Under the pieces are notes generated by a model, which saw only the letters and a list, made by a program, of their open reading frames with translations, was not told the DNA's origin and ran no database searches. Shown piece by piece: positions 12,251 through 26,166 of a stretch of DNA of 64,000 nucleotides; positions within the stretch are counted from its first letter, which is position 1; every line of letters begins with the position of its first letter. Source of the DNA: Octopus sinensis. Its lineage: Eukaryota. Position numbers and translations under genes: made by a program. The stretch lies in contig NC_042997.1 in NCBI RefSeq assembly GCF_006345805.1, positions 162,564,001 to 162,628,000 on the forward strand. The letters run 5' to 3'.

Positions 12251-13964
12251 ACACTTGCAGGCCAATCCTCTTTAACAGAGGATATGATAATCACAAGTGG
12301 TAATTTTGATCTCCAATTTAATGCAGAGGTTGTGTTAGAACACAGAATATTGCATTGTTCTCATAAGGACTCAGGATGCATAAAAGCACTCTTATATCAT
12401 TGACAGACAAGAATCGTTTGCTACTGCTGCTGTGTTTTATAATCTTTTAATATGAAGGATTGCATTGTTCAATATATCCTCTATTTAAGATGGTTGGGTG
12501 TGATTTAAGGGTAATTTTCCTGCTGTTTCTAGTAAGTTAAGTGACCACTTTGAAGTTCTTCCATTGTCACATGCATGTTATAGTGAGTCTAACTCACACA
12601 GCTATGCACTTACACTTCAGTCAACATGACCACTAATTAATTGAATTATAATTTATTATGAGTATTTCACAGGCACTTATTCTCTAAACATTTATTCTCT
12701 GCTCAGGCAGAATCAGCATGACACTGTGTATAGTCTAGCTAAGCCTATGAATGAATTAAAGATACACCCTGTCCAACAGGCTTCTACACAATTTCCATAT
12801 ATTTCCATATAATTTCGGGTAGGTTTGTAAGGCTTGTTTTAACTTGAATCTATGGTAGAGATACTTGTTCAATATTCTGTTCAGTGAGATCCATTCTGGA
12901 ATCAAGTGATTTTGAAGCAAACTTTTTTAATTACATGGACATGTGCTCATATGTGTGAAATAATTGTTTCTAACTCAGACACAAGGCCAGTAGTTTTGTG
13001 GCCAGGGTAGAAGGATTTTGATCAACCACATTGACTCCAGTGCTTGACGAAGGACAAAGTTGACCTCAACAAGATTTTATTTCACAATGTAAAGAGCCAC
13101 AGCAAATACAGCAAGGCATTTTGTCTGATGATTTAACTATTCTGTCAACCCACTGCTCTGTATGTGAGAAATAATAATAATAATAATTCTTTCTAATTTT
13201 GGCACAAGGCTAGCAATTTTAAGGTGATGGGGCTAGTTGATTACATCAGTCCTAGTATTTCTCTGGTGCCTTATTTTATTGACCCTGTAAGGATGAAAGG
13301 CAAAGTTGATTTCAGTAGGATTTGATCTCAAAATATAAAGAGCCAGAAGAAAAGCTGCTAAGCATTTTGTATAATGTACTAACAATTCTTCCAACTCACT
13401 ACCTAAATGATAATGATGATAATGGTTTGTTATAGCACTTCATAGGTGCAGGAGTGGCTGTGTTGTCAGGAGTTTACTTTCTGACCACATGGTTCCAGAT
13501 TCAGTCCCATGGCATGGCACCTTGGACAAGTGTCTTCTTTTATAGGCTTGGGCTGACCAAAGCCTTGTGAGTGGATTTGGTTGACGTAAACTGAAAAAAG
13601 CCCATTGTGTTTGTGTGTGTGTCTGTGTTTTTCCCCCTCCACCACTTGACAAGCAGTGTGTTTATGTCCTTGAGTAGTTTGGCAATAGAGACTGATAGAA
13701 TAAGTACCAAGCTCAAAAAAGTAAATGTATTGCGGTCAATTGATTCAACGAAAATTCTTCGAGGTGGTGCCCCAGCATGGCCACAGGGTAATGACTGAAA
13801 TAAGTAAAAGATAAAATACTCCTGTAGGACTGCTTTATTTTGTCAATTTCTATCTTCCAGAATTTTTTTTTCCATTTCATAGTACTGAAGTTTGCTTTGA
13901 TTAATAAAATTGGTGGACTTTATATTTTACTGCCAATCCTAACTATTCTTTAATCATTTTCTAG

Positions 13965-14069
13965 CCTCCTCCACCTGTTGTAAAAGCAGTCAGAAAAACA
14001 AAATCTTTTGAGGAATCCATCAAAAGCTGCTATAAAAGTAGTGATAAGCCATCTTCTGACTCTTCAGAG
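13965..14069 (+). CDS. TBC1D31: TBC1D31 coding exon (linker)
   Basis: PPPPVVKAVRKTKSFEESIKSCYKSSDKPSSDSSE; matches human PPPPLVKV start; ctag/gtgagt. Confidence 0.92.
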
Positions 14070-14455
14070 GTGAGTTCTGTAAAGGCTTCTAAAGAATATT
14101 TCACTTTCAATTACACAGCAAGTTGAATGTTTCATTGTTTAAAAATATAATGAGTGATTTTTGGGTACAGGTTCACAGAAGCAAAAATTAATGAAAGGGT
14201 TCTTATTACACATGTCTTCAAATCTATTATACTGTGAACAATTTGTTGACCGGAGAAATGACAACAGCATCATGGCTTGTAGCTTATTGTACATTCCACA
14301 GAACATATGTTTCTTTTCTTTCCAGTCTTCTCAAGTTCTCTGCATCCAAAGCCCATGTCTCACCACCATGAGCATTGCAGTTCTAAAACAAGCATCATAC
14401 AATCTGTTCTTCACTCTGGGGGAAATTATCTTTGTTGCTAGCAGCAGCAGCAGCA

Positions 14456-14832
14456 AGTGGAGGTGCAATGGCCCAATGGTTAGGGCAGCGGACTCGTGGT
14501 CAGAGGATCGCAGTTTCTATTCCCAGACCGGGCGTTGTGTGTGTTTATTGAGCGAAAACACTTAAAGCTTCATGAGGCTCCGCAGGGGGGGGGGCGACCC
14601 CTGTTGTACGCTTTCGCTTCAACTTTCTCTCACTCTTTCTTCCTGTTTCTTGTCCCTGACTTCCTATGCAACCGCTGAGCCTGGATGTGCATTCATCCAT
14701 CCATCGATGCTCTTGGTGTCAGGGGTTGACCTGCTTTCTCTTCTGCGGGTCTTACGAATAGCAAAGGACCACATTTCGGACTTCTCCAACTCTGGGACGA
14801 AGACCGCTTCGCTCAACAAACAAACAAACAAA
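14456..14832 (+). mobile_element. Full-length tRNA-derived SINE with (AAAC)n tail
   Basis: Head GTGGAGGTGCAATGGCCCAATGG; flanked by AGCAGCAGCAGCA direct repeats (14443-14455 and 14833-14845). Confidence 0.9.
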
Positions 14833-15746
14833 AGCAGCAGCAGCAGTGGCCTTCTGAAATTTTGCTGTGTTCTTATCCTAGTTATTATATTTTTGGAGCA
14901 ACTACTTTCCCTGCTAATTACATCTTCTGGGTAACAAAAGCTCTCTCTGTGACCTTCATATCTTGATCCAGTTGTTTGATTCCTTTATAATGTCCTCTAT
15001 GTAAGACATTATCTCCTTTGCCTTTGTAACAGTTTACAATGGTGCTACTGCATGAGTCATTGGGTATGACACCTTCCTATACAGTTTGACTAATTATCAA
15101 GATGCTAATCATGGATCCTTCCTCATAAAATATTTTGAGCATCTTTACAACTATCTAGACCTACAGCTTCCCATCTCTTCACATTCTTAATTGCTTTATC
15201 TAACATGCTACTGCCAACTTAAATTGCTTGTCCCTCTATAGGGTGAGCATGAGGTAGCCCTTGTATATTGTATGCATTCTCCACATTTTATGATAACATC
15301 AGCCTCTTATGATAACACTTCTGTACGACTTTCTTGTCTTCTATACTGATGGTGAGTATGTCTCCATCATCCAAGTACATTTCTCACTTTTGATATCTGT
15401 TTTTTCTCACACATCGTCTTGCAATCTTGAATACTTTATACCTTTGTTCTTCACATTGCAGGACCTGCACAAATCTCTTCCTTTATACTTCACACTAAGC
15501 CAAGCCTACCTATCTTCTAGCTGTCCCTCAAGCTATTTGATAATGCTTCCTACTGATGGATGTAAAAAAATAAATATATAAATATATATATGTATATAAA
15601 ATACTGACCAGCTGCTGACATAAACAATAAAAACAGAAACCATGAAATGGACAGAAGCGAAGCTCAAAAAGGCTGGAGAAAAGATTTTCTTAGACTGGCC
15701 AAACTTTATTGTGTTCTCATCAGTTATCTTTTCCTTTCTTGTACAG

Positions 15747-15829
15747 GACAAGGATTTGGATGAAAGCATTGATAAAGACCGGCTATACCGTATACTAAAA
15801 GGTCATGGAGAGTATCCTGAGAAATACAG
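15747..15829 (+). CDS. TBC1D31: TBC1D31 coding exon (start of TBC domain)
   Basis: DKDLDESIDKDRLYRILKGHGEYPEKY(R) vs human LNKKRLQILLKGYGEYPTKYR; donor gttaaa. Confidence 0.93.
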
Positions 15830-16413
15830 GTTAAAGATTTGGAATATTTGATTGAAGAGTAATTAAACTTTAGATAAACATTATATGTTAATGCAATTTC
15901 CTGCTAAATCCAACAGTATATATTAGTTTTTGTTTTTGATTTAGTCGGAAGTGCAGTGCTCATAACCTTTGTTGGGGTATCTGAGTCAAGAAGGATGAAG
16001 TGAAAAAGTTGTCTTCACACCAGAGACTTGGTCTAACTGCATGTAACAGTGATCTCTATTAAAGGCATCCAAAAGCAAGGTGGTGACTCTAAATTCAATG
16101 ATGGATTAAGTCTGCTACTCAGTAACAAGAATGTCTCCTCCAACTGACTTCCACATAGTTTCCGTCTATCACATTTCACTTATAAAGCTTTGGTTGACTC
16201 AAGGCTATGACAGGAGACACCCAAGGTGTCACGATGATAGGATTGGACCTAAAACTTCATAGTCGAAATTAAGCCTTTCTTTGTGTTTTACTATCTATAA
16301 CACTCCCTGTATAAAATTTGATCTCGTTCTTTGATATCTTAAATTAACATTTTAATTTCTACTTTTGATAATATTTGTTAGGTTACAAACTTTTGTCATG
16401 TTGTTTTATACAG

Positions 16414-16560
16414 ATTTTTCATCTGGAGACAATTGTTGAAATTGCCTGAGAACCACACAGCTTATGCTGCTCTTGTTGACAAAGGGAACCACTCATCATT
16501 TATCACTTTGCAAGAGTATTATCCAGTCAAGAGTCAAAGACTGTTTAGATTATTGCAGAG
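16414..16560 (+). CDS. TBC1D31: TBC1D31 coding exon (TBC domain)
   Basis: FFIWRQLLKLPENHTAYAALVDKGNHSSFITLQEYYPVKSQRLFRLLQ(R); acag/gtaat. Confidence 0.96.
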
Positions 16561-17364
16561 GTAATATTCTTGTACATTTAAACATTTTTGTATTTGAAAA
16601 AACAGGGACTATTTCAGTCATCCAGCTAGAGAAAATCTGCCTTAATAAAACTCTAGGTGACTCATGCCAGCATGAAAAAATGGACATTAAAATGATAATG
16701 ATGGTGATGATGATGATATGTGTGTGTGTGTAGGGAAGCTATATTCCACTAGTGTAATAAATGGTATTATATCAAAAACGGTAACTTAGCCATTCAGTGT
16801 ATGTATTAGTGTGTATTTATATATATAGTGTGTATTTATATATATGAATTGGTTATAGTGTAACTTTTGATCATTCAAATTAAATTGTATGTATGTATGT
16901 GGGTGGGTTTTGAGTGAGTGAGCGAGTGAGAGAAAAAGAGAGAGATAAGGACCTGACTAAAATACGTACTGGGGTTGACATGATTGACTAAAACCCTTTA
17001 AAACCGTAACCCATCATGGCTGCTATTTCTATATCTGAAACCATTAAAACAACTATGGCTAAAACAAATGTCAGTAGTGTTATGGACTTAGTTTTAATTT
17101 TAATATCCAATTCCATGACTCTGTTATGGTTTTCTACACAACTTCTAAATTTTTCATTCTTCCTATGTTTATCAATTTTCATTTTGTAATGTGTATTTTG
17201 AAACAGAAGAAAAGCTTACAAAACAAACCTTGTCATAAAGCAAAGAGTTTTTATTCTACAGTTATATACATTGAACCTCCATCTGACCTTCTGTTCATGT
17301 GGATTGTAAACAATACCACTACAACCCAATTTGTGTCAATTTGAAGACAAACATATACACAAAT

Positions 17365-17398
<34 letters not shown>

Positions 17399-17945
17399 GC
17401 ATGCAACAGGTTCCTTTATAGTTTCCATCTACTAAGTTTCACTCACAAAACATTGGTCAATCCAGGGTTATAGTCAAAATGAAGACAAATAGCCTAGTGG
17501 TTTGGGTATTCATCTTGTGATCCTAAAGTCATGAGTTTGATTCCAGGTGGTACAGTTTGTTCTTCAGCAAGGCACTTTATTTTACGTTGCTCCAGTTCAC
17601 TCAGTTAGCAAAAATGAGTAGTACCTGTATTTCAAAGGGCCAGCCTTGTCATGCTGAATTCCCCTGAGAACCACTTGCAGGATACACATGTTTGTGGAGT
17701 GCTCAGCCAGTTGCACATTAATTTAATGAGCTGGCTGTTCCATTGATCGAATCAGCTGGAACCCTTGTCACCATAACCAACAGACTGCCAGTTATAGTTG
17801 AAGACATTTGCGTAAGTGCCACATTGTGGTTAAGTAGTGAATGTCTTATCCACACATCCATGCCTGTGTCTACATTTGATCTTTAAAATCTAATTTATGC
17901 CAATGCTAATGAGTTGGTTATAGTGTGACTTTTGTTTCTTTGTAG

Positions 17946-18079
17946 GGTTCTGTCAGCTTTAGCTCATTGGTCTCCAATTTTAGCTGAAACCAAATATTTA
18001 CCTGCTCTGGTGTTTCCATTCCTAAAAGTGTTTTACCAAAATCATTTATGTTGTTTTGAGATAGTTGCCACCTTCATCA
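17946..18079 (+). CDS. TBC1D31: TBC1D31 coding exon (TBC domain)
   Basis: VLSALAHWSPILAETKYLPALVFPFLKVFYQNHLCCFEIVATFI; gtag/gtaagt. Confidence 0.96.
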
Positions 18080-19791
18080 GTAAGTTAATACTTTTCTCTG
18101 ATAATCTTTGTTAAATAATTATTTCTTTATTTCCAAAAACTGTTTATAATGAAACCATCATATGATTGTATTGATTGTAATTACTAATTCTTTACTTTGA
18201 GGTTTTACACCTTAACCAGACACCCTGTAAGTAGGTGAAGGTGCTCTCTGTAGCAAATTATTGAAGCCAAGGTTAAGATATTTATAATATTGATTTATTT
18301 CATTAATATATCTATTATTTTCCTGCCATTTTGCCAGGAGTCTTTTATGAAATCCACAATATTTGAAGCATTCTGAACTTCTCTCTGCTCTGAAGTTAAC
18401 TTCTTCCTGTTGGTCTGGGAGGCCCTAAAAGGGGTCATGGACATTACCTTTTATCCTCTGATTAAGACATAAAAAAGAAAAATACAAAAACAAGTCACTA
18501 GACAAAACAAGTGCTAGACAAAATGTTTTACAGCAATTATTTTAAACATTTCAATTCTGTATTCAAGTTCCCTGGGGCTAACTTTAACTTTCATCTGTCT
18601 GGCTTTGATAAAATAAATACCAATAATGCATTATTGACATCCATTCATTTACTATTATAATGTTATATAAAAAATTATTTTTAAAAACTGTAAGTAATTG
18701 TACAAAATAAATCAATAATTATAGAGTTAGTAACTTTAAAATTACTACAGTTCAACTGAAGTCTGTCATTTACTACAGTATATCATATGATGTTACATCC
18801 ATAACCTGTCTAGTTGTACATTGTTGAACAAACTATTAATATTATAACAATAACAAAGGCAGCAAGCTGGCAGAATCATTGGCATAGCAGGCGAAATGCT
18901 TAGCAACATTTCATCTGTCTTCACATTCTGAGTTCAAATTCTGCCAAGACCAACTTTGCCTTTCATCATTTAGGATCGATAAAATAAGTACCCGTTGAAC
19001 AGTGAGGGTCGATGTTATCGACTTAATCCTTTCCTTGAAATTGCTGGCCTTGTGCCAAAATTTGAAACCAAAATTATGACATTTACATATTCTATGATCA
19101 TAGGAACATTAGGCATATTTACGCACCATTTGTTTGTAAGCTTATCTTGTAAAGTAATTCATTCATTACTAGTGAAAATAAATCTAAAAATGTCTATTTC
19201 TATAGCAAGAGCCATAGAATACTGTTAAATTTCCAGAAAGCCATATCTGTTACTTAGCCTTGATTCTTTGTTATGACTGTTTAACTTACATAATTAATCC
19301 CATCAATATGGGACTACACTTGCCTCCATGATATCCTACTGTTTGGTTGTTTATTTAAGAAGCAGTGTATCTCTCTGGTATATAATACATCTGTTTTTGC
19401 TATTCAGTTTGATCATAAATTATCAAAAGCTCCAATAAAGATGAGTAAGGTGAACTCAGCCACTGCATAATAATCTCACTGATAAAATTGGACTATAGTA
19501 TTTTGTTATTGTTGTTTTTTTGCTGTAAGTCCATCCTAAGACCAGGCTTCTCAAGTGTGACCAACCTATGTTATCAAAACACTTAGAACTATATTATGCT
19601 ATATTTCCTTCCTATTTTAAGATATTAAAGTGTGATTTGAAGAAGCATTTCTAGCAGATCAAAGAACCACAGAGCCCCACCTCCACCACCACGTTCTTTT
19701 CTGTGTATTTTGAGTTTGCAGAACAAAGTTTAAAATTAATGTAATTTCATTAAGAAAAATATTTATTGTTATTAATTTCTTTATTTTCAAG

Positions 19792-19925
19792 TTAACTGGT
19801 GTGGTCATTGGTTTGAATATTTCCCTAATCCTCCAATTAATATTCTTGGAATGATTGAGAACGTCCTTTCACGACATGATCCCACTCTCTTGAGGCATCT
19901 GATTAAATACAAAGTCACATCTCAG
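19792..19925 (+). CDS. TBC1D31: TBC1D31 coding exon (TBC domain)
   Basis: NWCGHWFEYFPNPPINILGMIENVLSRHDPTLLRHLIKYKVTSQ, near-identical motif to human NWCQHWFEYFPNPPINIL; AAG acceptor. Confidence 0.96.
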
Positions 19926-20403
19926 GTATATATATATCATCATTATCATTTACATCTGTGTGTGTGTGTGCGCACATATGTATATCAGTTGTCAGTTTTC
20001 CCTTGTATTGCATTTAATAATTAATTTCTGCATACACACTGTCAGTTTTCCAAACTATACATTTGATGTTGGGTTGCCTACATGCACACCACCAATTGAC
20101 CTTTCCCTCACTGCCTTTTACAAAGTCCACTCTGTTACAATAAAAATCAAATCTGGGTCTGAGAATAGCTCAGTATTTTGTTATATTACTTCCTACTGCA
20201 GCAAACCATGAACTACAGCTTCCTCTGACCAGTCTTGAAAGCTCTTTGGAAAGGTCATGACCTCTCCTCCTAACTCTCTGACTTAACCCATTGAAAAAAA
20301 ATTAATAAATTACAGTACCCTACTTTTATGCTTTTATTTACAAAAAGCCTTCTAGAATATAGCATATGTAACTGAGGTAGTATCAAATTAAAATAGACAT
20401 CTA

Positions 20404-20655
20404 CAGCCATGGCCAAAAGTTTGGAACATTTAAAAAAAAATTTAAATTGTTATACCCAAATACAATTCAATTCAAATACATACAAATGTAGAGATATACT
20501 TACCTAATAATTAATCCAATGGTTCAATGTCTAGAAGAAAAAAATTTCAGACCTTTGTTCCAAACTTTTGGCCAAGTAATGATATATTACAAATTCAATA
20601 CAGCTTTGAGCATTTAGTACAAAAAGTCTAATTTTCACACTTTTGACCACAAGTG
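20404..20655. mobile_element. Degenerate Tc1-like MITE
   Basis: TA|CAGCCATGGCCAAAAGTTTGGAACA start; perfect 19-bp inverted copy at 20556-20574; second TIR-like end CACACTTTTGACCACAAGTG|TA. Confidence 0.55.
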
Positions 20656-21573
20656 TATGTTTCCTATTTAATGTATATACATCATTGCTAGGCCAGTTAC
20701 ATATCTTATGGACATGCTGTGTTAAAAAGGTAATACATATTGAATAGAGGAGAAAAATCGCCCTAACATCAGCCCAGTGAGAACACCAGATGCATTTCAA
20801 CCTTTTTGACCTTTGTAATGATGCATACACACAGCCAACGATGTGCCCAGTGGAGAATTCATTACCTCTGATATATGAAACAATGAATAAAATATTCACT
20901 TATGTTACCTGGTTGAGAATTCATTGCCCACATCAATGTGAGGTGTTATCTCAGGACAAATTTTGAAATAACAGTCTTATCAATAATGTACATATATTAT
21001 GATACATATCTTTTATTTTTTTATGTTTTACTTCTTTCATTCATTGGATTGTAACCATGCTGGGGCACTGCAGTACATATCAACCCCAACACTTATTTTT
21101 TTTTAAAGTCTGGTGCTTATTTTATTGACCTCTTTTGCTGTTAAGCAGTGGTGGGACACAAACACAATGACACATACATGCATATGTACACACACACAAC
21201 ACACACGCACACACGCACATACAAACAACAGGCTATGGGATTCTTTCAGTTTCCATCTACCAAATCCACTCACAAGGCTTTGGTCAGCTTAGGGCTATAG
21301 CAGAAGGCATTTGCCCAAGGTGCCACATAGTGGAACTGAACCTAGAACTATGCTACTTGGAAGCAAACTTCTAATCTCATGGCCACTCTTGCACCTATTG
21401 ATGGCCATTCTTGAAAAAAATCTTTGCAACAAATCAGGGATACAAAAAATGTACAGAAGACTATAATAATAGGAGGAGGTGTGTAGTTAAGAAGTTAACT
21501 TTACAACCATATGGTTTCAGGGGGTTCAATCCCTTTGTATGGCATCATGAATGTGTTTTTCTAAAGCCTTGGG

Positions 21574-22095
21574 ATCATCATCATCATCATTGTTCGACTG
21601 TGGTCGAGACAATGGAATTTACTATGCTACGCCAGACTTCACGGTCCATCATGGCATTGCGGAGGTCCTGTCGCTGGATGTCTGTATCCCTGGAGATTAC
21701 ATCAGGGTAGGAGAGTGTGCGCCCTTTGGTGTTGCGAGTAGATGGCTTCCAGAGGAGAAGAGTAGAAATTGCCTCGTATTCAGCTCTACAACAATGTCCA
21801 GCAAACGGGACTCTCCTACCTTTCACAAGAGATGACACAGGTGGTAGTTTCCTATATATTTGCATTTTGGTTGGATGATGCTTCCATGAGAGATTTTGAG
21901 CTCTCATAAGGAGGCGAGTGTAGGTTCCATCCAACCGCCTCTCAAGCTTCTTTGATAACGTCCAGGTTTCTGAGCCATATAGTAGAATTGGTTCGACTGT
22001 GGCTTTGAAGATTTCAAGTTTGAAGTCTCTACTTAGATTTGATGACCAGATCTTATGCATGTCATAGGATGACCAGTACCTTGCGAGCGAAACTA
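21574..22095 (-). mobile_element. RTE-clade LINE 3' end with open RT C-terminus
   Basis: ORF 21587..22180: KLEIFKATVEPILLYGSETWTL...FAGHCCR...DREVWRSIV followed directly by a (TGA)n tail. Confidence 0.92.
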
Positions 22096-23107
22096 GTGGA
22101 CAGGAACTGTGCAGAAGCCCATCACATGTGTTTGTGTGCATGTGTTCATATGTATCTGTGTTTCTGTCACTGCTTGACAAACACTGTTTTTATTCCATGA
22201 CCTAGCAGTTCAACAAATAGTGGATGATAAGTGATAGATTTATAAATAAGAGCTGGGTGAATAAAATCCTTCTTAGCATTGCTCCAGTATGACCGCTGTC
22301 CAATGACTGAAATAAGTAAAGGAATAAAATGAAGAACATTTTATTTTTATTTTTTTCATTTCCTCTGTGTTTATGTTGTCATTTCCTTTTTTTATATTTA
22401 TTGAAATTTAAATCTTATTAGATGTTTTCAAATTAGCTTCCAGAACTAAAACTGTGTGGCCAAATTGACATATTGTAAGTTTCTATGGCAACAAAATATG
22501 TAAACCAGCCAATATTATAACATTTGTAACTAATGCTATGAATCCCAACATATTGAGTGATCAGTTGTAAGAAGGCTTTTTTTTTTTTTTTTGCTTTTGC
22601 ATGAGTTATCTCTCCTATTAAAAATGGGACATTTTTGCTGTCCCAACATCATGTGATCAAAGCAGTTAATATATTCATTATTTGTTAAGTCGAGAGAAGA
22701 GTGCTCAGATAAATTTTTAGGCTTCATCAACGAGGAGGGGAGATAACTGACTGAAGTTAGATTTTTTTTTTATTGTTACTATATTATAGCTATAAGGAAA
22801 ACATTGACTAAAAAGGAGTTCTAAAAGAGAGTAGTTATTGGGAGAAAATGGGATTATCATCATCATCATTATCATCATCATTTATCGTCTGTTTTCCATA
22901 CAGGCATTAGTTGGACGATTTGAGAGGAGCTGTCCAGTTGGAGAGCTGCATCAGGCTCCAATTGTTTGTTTTAACATGGTTTCTATGGCTGGATGTCCTT
23001 CCTAATGCCAGCCACTTTACAGAATGGACTGGGTGCTCCTTATATAGAACCAGCATAAGTGTTTTATACATGGCACCAGCACTGGTGCTTTATATATAGA
23101 ACTGGTG

Positions 23108-23520
23108 TTGAGCTGGCAGAATCGTTAGCACACCGGGCGAAATGCTTAGCGGTATTTCGTCTTCCGTTACGTTCTGAGTTCAAACTCCGCCAAGGTCGAC
23201 TTTGCCTTTCATCCTTTCAGGGTCGATTAAATAAGTACCAGTTACGCACTGGGGTCGATATAATCGACTTAATCCGTTTGTCTGTCCTTGTTTGTCCTCT
23301 CTATGTTTAGCCCCTTGTGGGTAGTAAAGAAATAGGTATCTCGTCTTCTGCTACGTTCTGAGTTCAAATTCCGCTGAGGTCAACTTTGCCTTTCATCCTT
23401 TTGGGGTCGATTAAATAAGTACCAGTTATGCACTGGGATCGATATAATTGACTTAATCCGTTTGTCTCTCCTTGTTTGTCCCCTCTGTGTGTAGTCCCTT
23501 GTAGGCAATGAAGAAATAAG
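23108..23520 (+). mobile_element. Tandem SINE dimer nested in an RTE-UTR element
   Basis: GAGCTGGCAGAATCGTTAGC...AAAGAAATA monomer followed by a head-truncated second copy; flanks GAACTGG on both sides. Confidence 0.82.
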
Positions 23521-24459
23521 GAACTGGCACTGGTGCTTTTTACTTGGCACCAGCACAGGTGCTTTTTGTGTGGCACTGGCATAAAAGTTTAATTTAAGAT
23601 TAAGAATATAAGAGTAGAGGAGGTTCATAAATGTACTAACAAATATACAGAAATGAAGTATGTGTGTGTGTGTGTGTTAGGTCTTGAATAAGGGTAAAGG
23701 GTAAAAACTCTCTTCAGTCATGAATGACCATGAGATTGCAGCTAGAATGTTCCCCTCCGTGACACCAGTCCAGGCAAGGTTGTTTTTGGAAGACTAGCAA
23801 TTGCCCATGCATACCAGCCTCCCCCTCCACACCACTGATCTTATCCAAGAGAAAGACAAAGGCTGATACAACTTGGCACCAGTGACATTGCAATTCATTT
23901 CTACTGCTGAGTGAACTGGAGCAACATGAAATAAGACACAACACACAGCCTGGTCCAGGAAGTGAACTCACTACTTCATAATTGAGCCCAACGATCTTAC
24001 CACTGAGTCATGTACCTTGGATACTTTTGGTATATTTAAAAGTTTAAAAAAACTAGATTTTCTTTAATAGAATAGACAGAAGCTGAAGGCATCAAGCTGG
24101 CAGAAATGTTAGCATGCTGGGGAGATGCTTATTGATATTTTGTCTGTCTTTACGTTCTGAATTCAAATTCCACCGAGGTCAACTTTGCCTTTCATCCTTT
24201 CGAGGTCGGTAAATTAAGTTCCAGTTGCGTACTGGGGTCTATCTAATCGACTGGCTCCCTCCCCCCAAATCTCTGGTCTTGTGCCTAAAGTAGAAAAGAA
24301 TAGACAGAAGATGACAGCTGATAAATATCTGTCAGACATTATTGACAATTGGCTTTCTTATTAAGCTCAGTTAATACTATACTACTAGCTTAAGATTCCT
24401 TAACTGCTTACAAAGGACACAAATGGCAAATCTTTACCAATATCCTTTCTACAATTTAA

Positions 24460-24678
24460 TCCTTTAGTGTTCAGATTATTCAATCAAACATAATGCCTAT
24501 TGATTCCCATTGATTTGAATTAATCATGCATTATCTCATATCTTCAAGATCTTGATGGTGTAATTACTTAATGTAAAATAACATTGTAGGGTAGGTGTGA
24601 GAGCCTGGATCTGGTCAGTTGGAACATAGAGCAGACTAGCTATTTTGGCCGGATATGGCCGGTTTAAAAACTAAAGGG
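24460..24678. mobile_element. piggyBac-type MITE (TTAA TSD)
   Basis: TTAA|TCCTTTAG...CTAAAGGG|TTAA; homologous to 29114-29333. Confidence 0.8.
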
Positions 24679-25494
24679 TTAAATATCGAAGATATAGTGA
24701 TAATAAAGAAAATGTATAAATTTGTATTTAATTTGTGTGTATGTATGTGTGAGTGCATGTGTGTATTTGTGCATATCATTACTACTGTTTTAACATCCAC
24801 TTTTCCATGCCTGCATGGATTGGACAGAATTTGTTGATACAGATTTTCTATGGGCAAATGCCTGTCCTGTTGCCAGCCCTTACCTATTTTCATGGGAGAT
24901 TGGAAATGAAGCATACCACTCATATGACAATGACAGTCCTTTACAATTATCACACAATATCAAGATAAGGAGACCCTAACACACACAAACACACATAACC
25001 AACTTCTTTTCAGTTTTCTTCTACCAGATCAACTCACAAGGCTCATAGCAGAAAACACATGCCCAAGGTGCCATGCTGTAGGACTGAACCTTAAACTATG
25101 GATTAGGAAGTAAACTTCTTAATCACATAGCCACAGCTGTATATACACATATAAATATATATATATATCACATCACAGTATTGACCATACCATCAGATGC
25201 TGTTATACACTGCTGATCACAATGCACTTCCAATTCTATCTTGATTGCATCATTCTCTTCTATCTTGACCCAAATTTTTGAACTAAACCATCTTCTCCTT
25301 GTCACGGAGGCTTTCCAAGTGACCTTTTCCAATTTCTTAAATACCACTTGGCAACTGCATGAGTCCACATGTCTGTGAACCTTGCAACATGTCCAGCCCA
25401 GCAGAATTTGTGCTTTCAGCACTCTGTGATCACATCATTCATCCCTCTCCATTCTCAAATTATCTCATTTCAAAAGTGCTCTCTTAATGATATT

Positions 25495-26010
25495 ATCATC
25501 ATCATCATCATCATTTAACATCCGTTTTCCATGATAGCATGGGTTGGACGGTTTTGACTGAGGGCTGGCAACCAGATGGCTGCACCAGGCTCCAGTCTTG
25601 ATCTGGCAGAGTTTCTACAGCTGGATGCCCTTCCTAATGCCAACCACTCCGAGAGTGTAGTGGGTGCTTTTTACGTGCCACCTGCATGGGGGCCAGTCAG
25701 GCAGTACTGGCAATGACCTCGCTCAAATCTTTTTACACGCGCCACTGACACAGGTGCTAGTGAAGCGACACTGGTAACGATCACGCTCGAATGGTGCCCT
25801 TTTACGTGCCACGGGTACGGAAGCCAGTTGGCTGCTCTGGCAACGATCACAACAATCATGCTCGGATAGTGTTCTTGGCACCCTACTAGCACAGGCATAA
25901 GTGCCAGTAAGGCGATGCTGGTAATGATCATACTCGAATAGCCACTCTGTCAACGATCACACTCGTATGGTGCTCTTTGCACCCTGCTAGCATGGATGCC
26001 AGTCATCGAA
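25495..26010 (-). mobile_element. RTE-derived non-autonomous retroposon ((TGA)n tail, internal tandem subrepeats)
   Basis: Same family as 2736-3140; further copies at about 10265-10495, 33850-34115, 34665-34860, 36500-36800, 42755-43210, 57530-57745. Confidence 0.85.
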
Positions 26011-26166
26011 ATGATTTTGATTTTGATTATATATGATATATATTTATATGTATCTACCAATGTATATTCTTTCTTTATTTTTTTAGTTTGTTTTGGCCAT
26101 CACAGCTAAGGCTATGCTCAAGCATAATTTTTTCCTAATATAAATCTTCTATTCTTATATCTATAG

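Noticed and set aside
14456-14535. Possible tRNA gene (also 59241-59320 and 7955-8033)
   Set aside because: A and B boxes are present but there is no acceptor stem or cloverleaf and no T-run terminator; these continue into SINE bodies with TSDs
25168-25422. 84-aa minus-strand ORF
   Set aside because: Looks like a decayed RTE RT C-terminal fragment next to an RTE UTR copy, not a host gene
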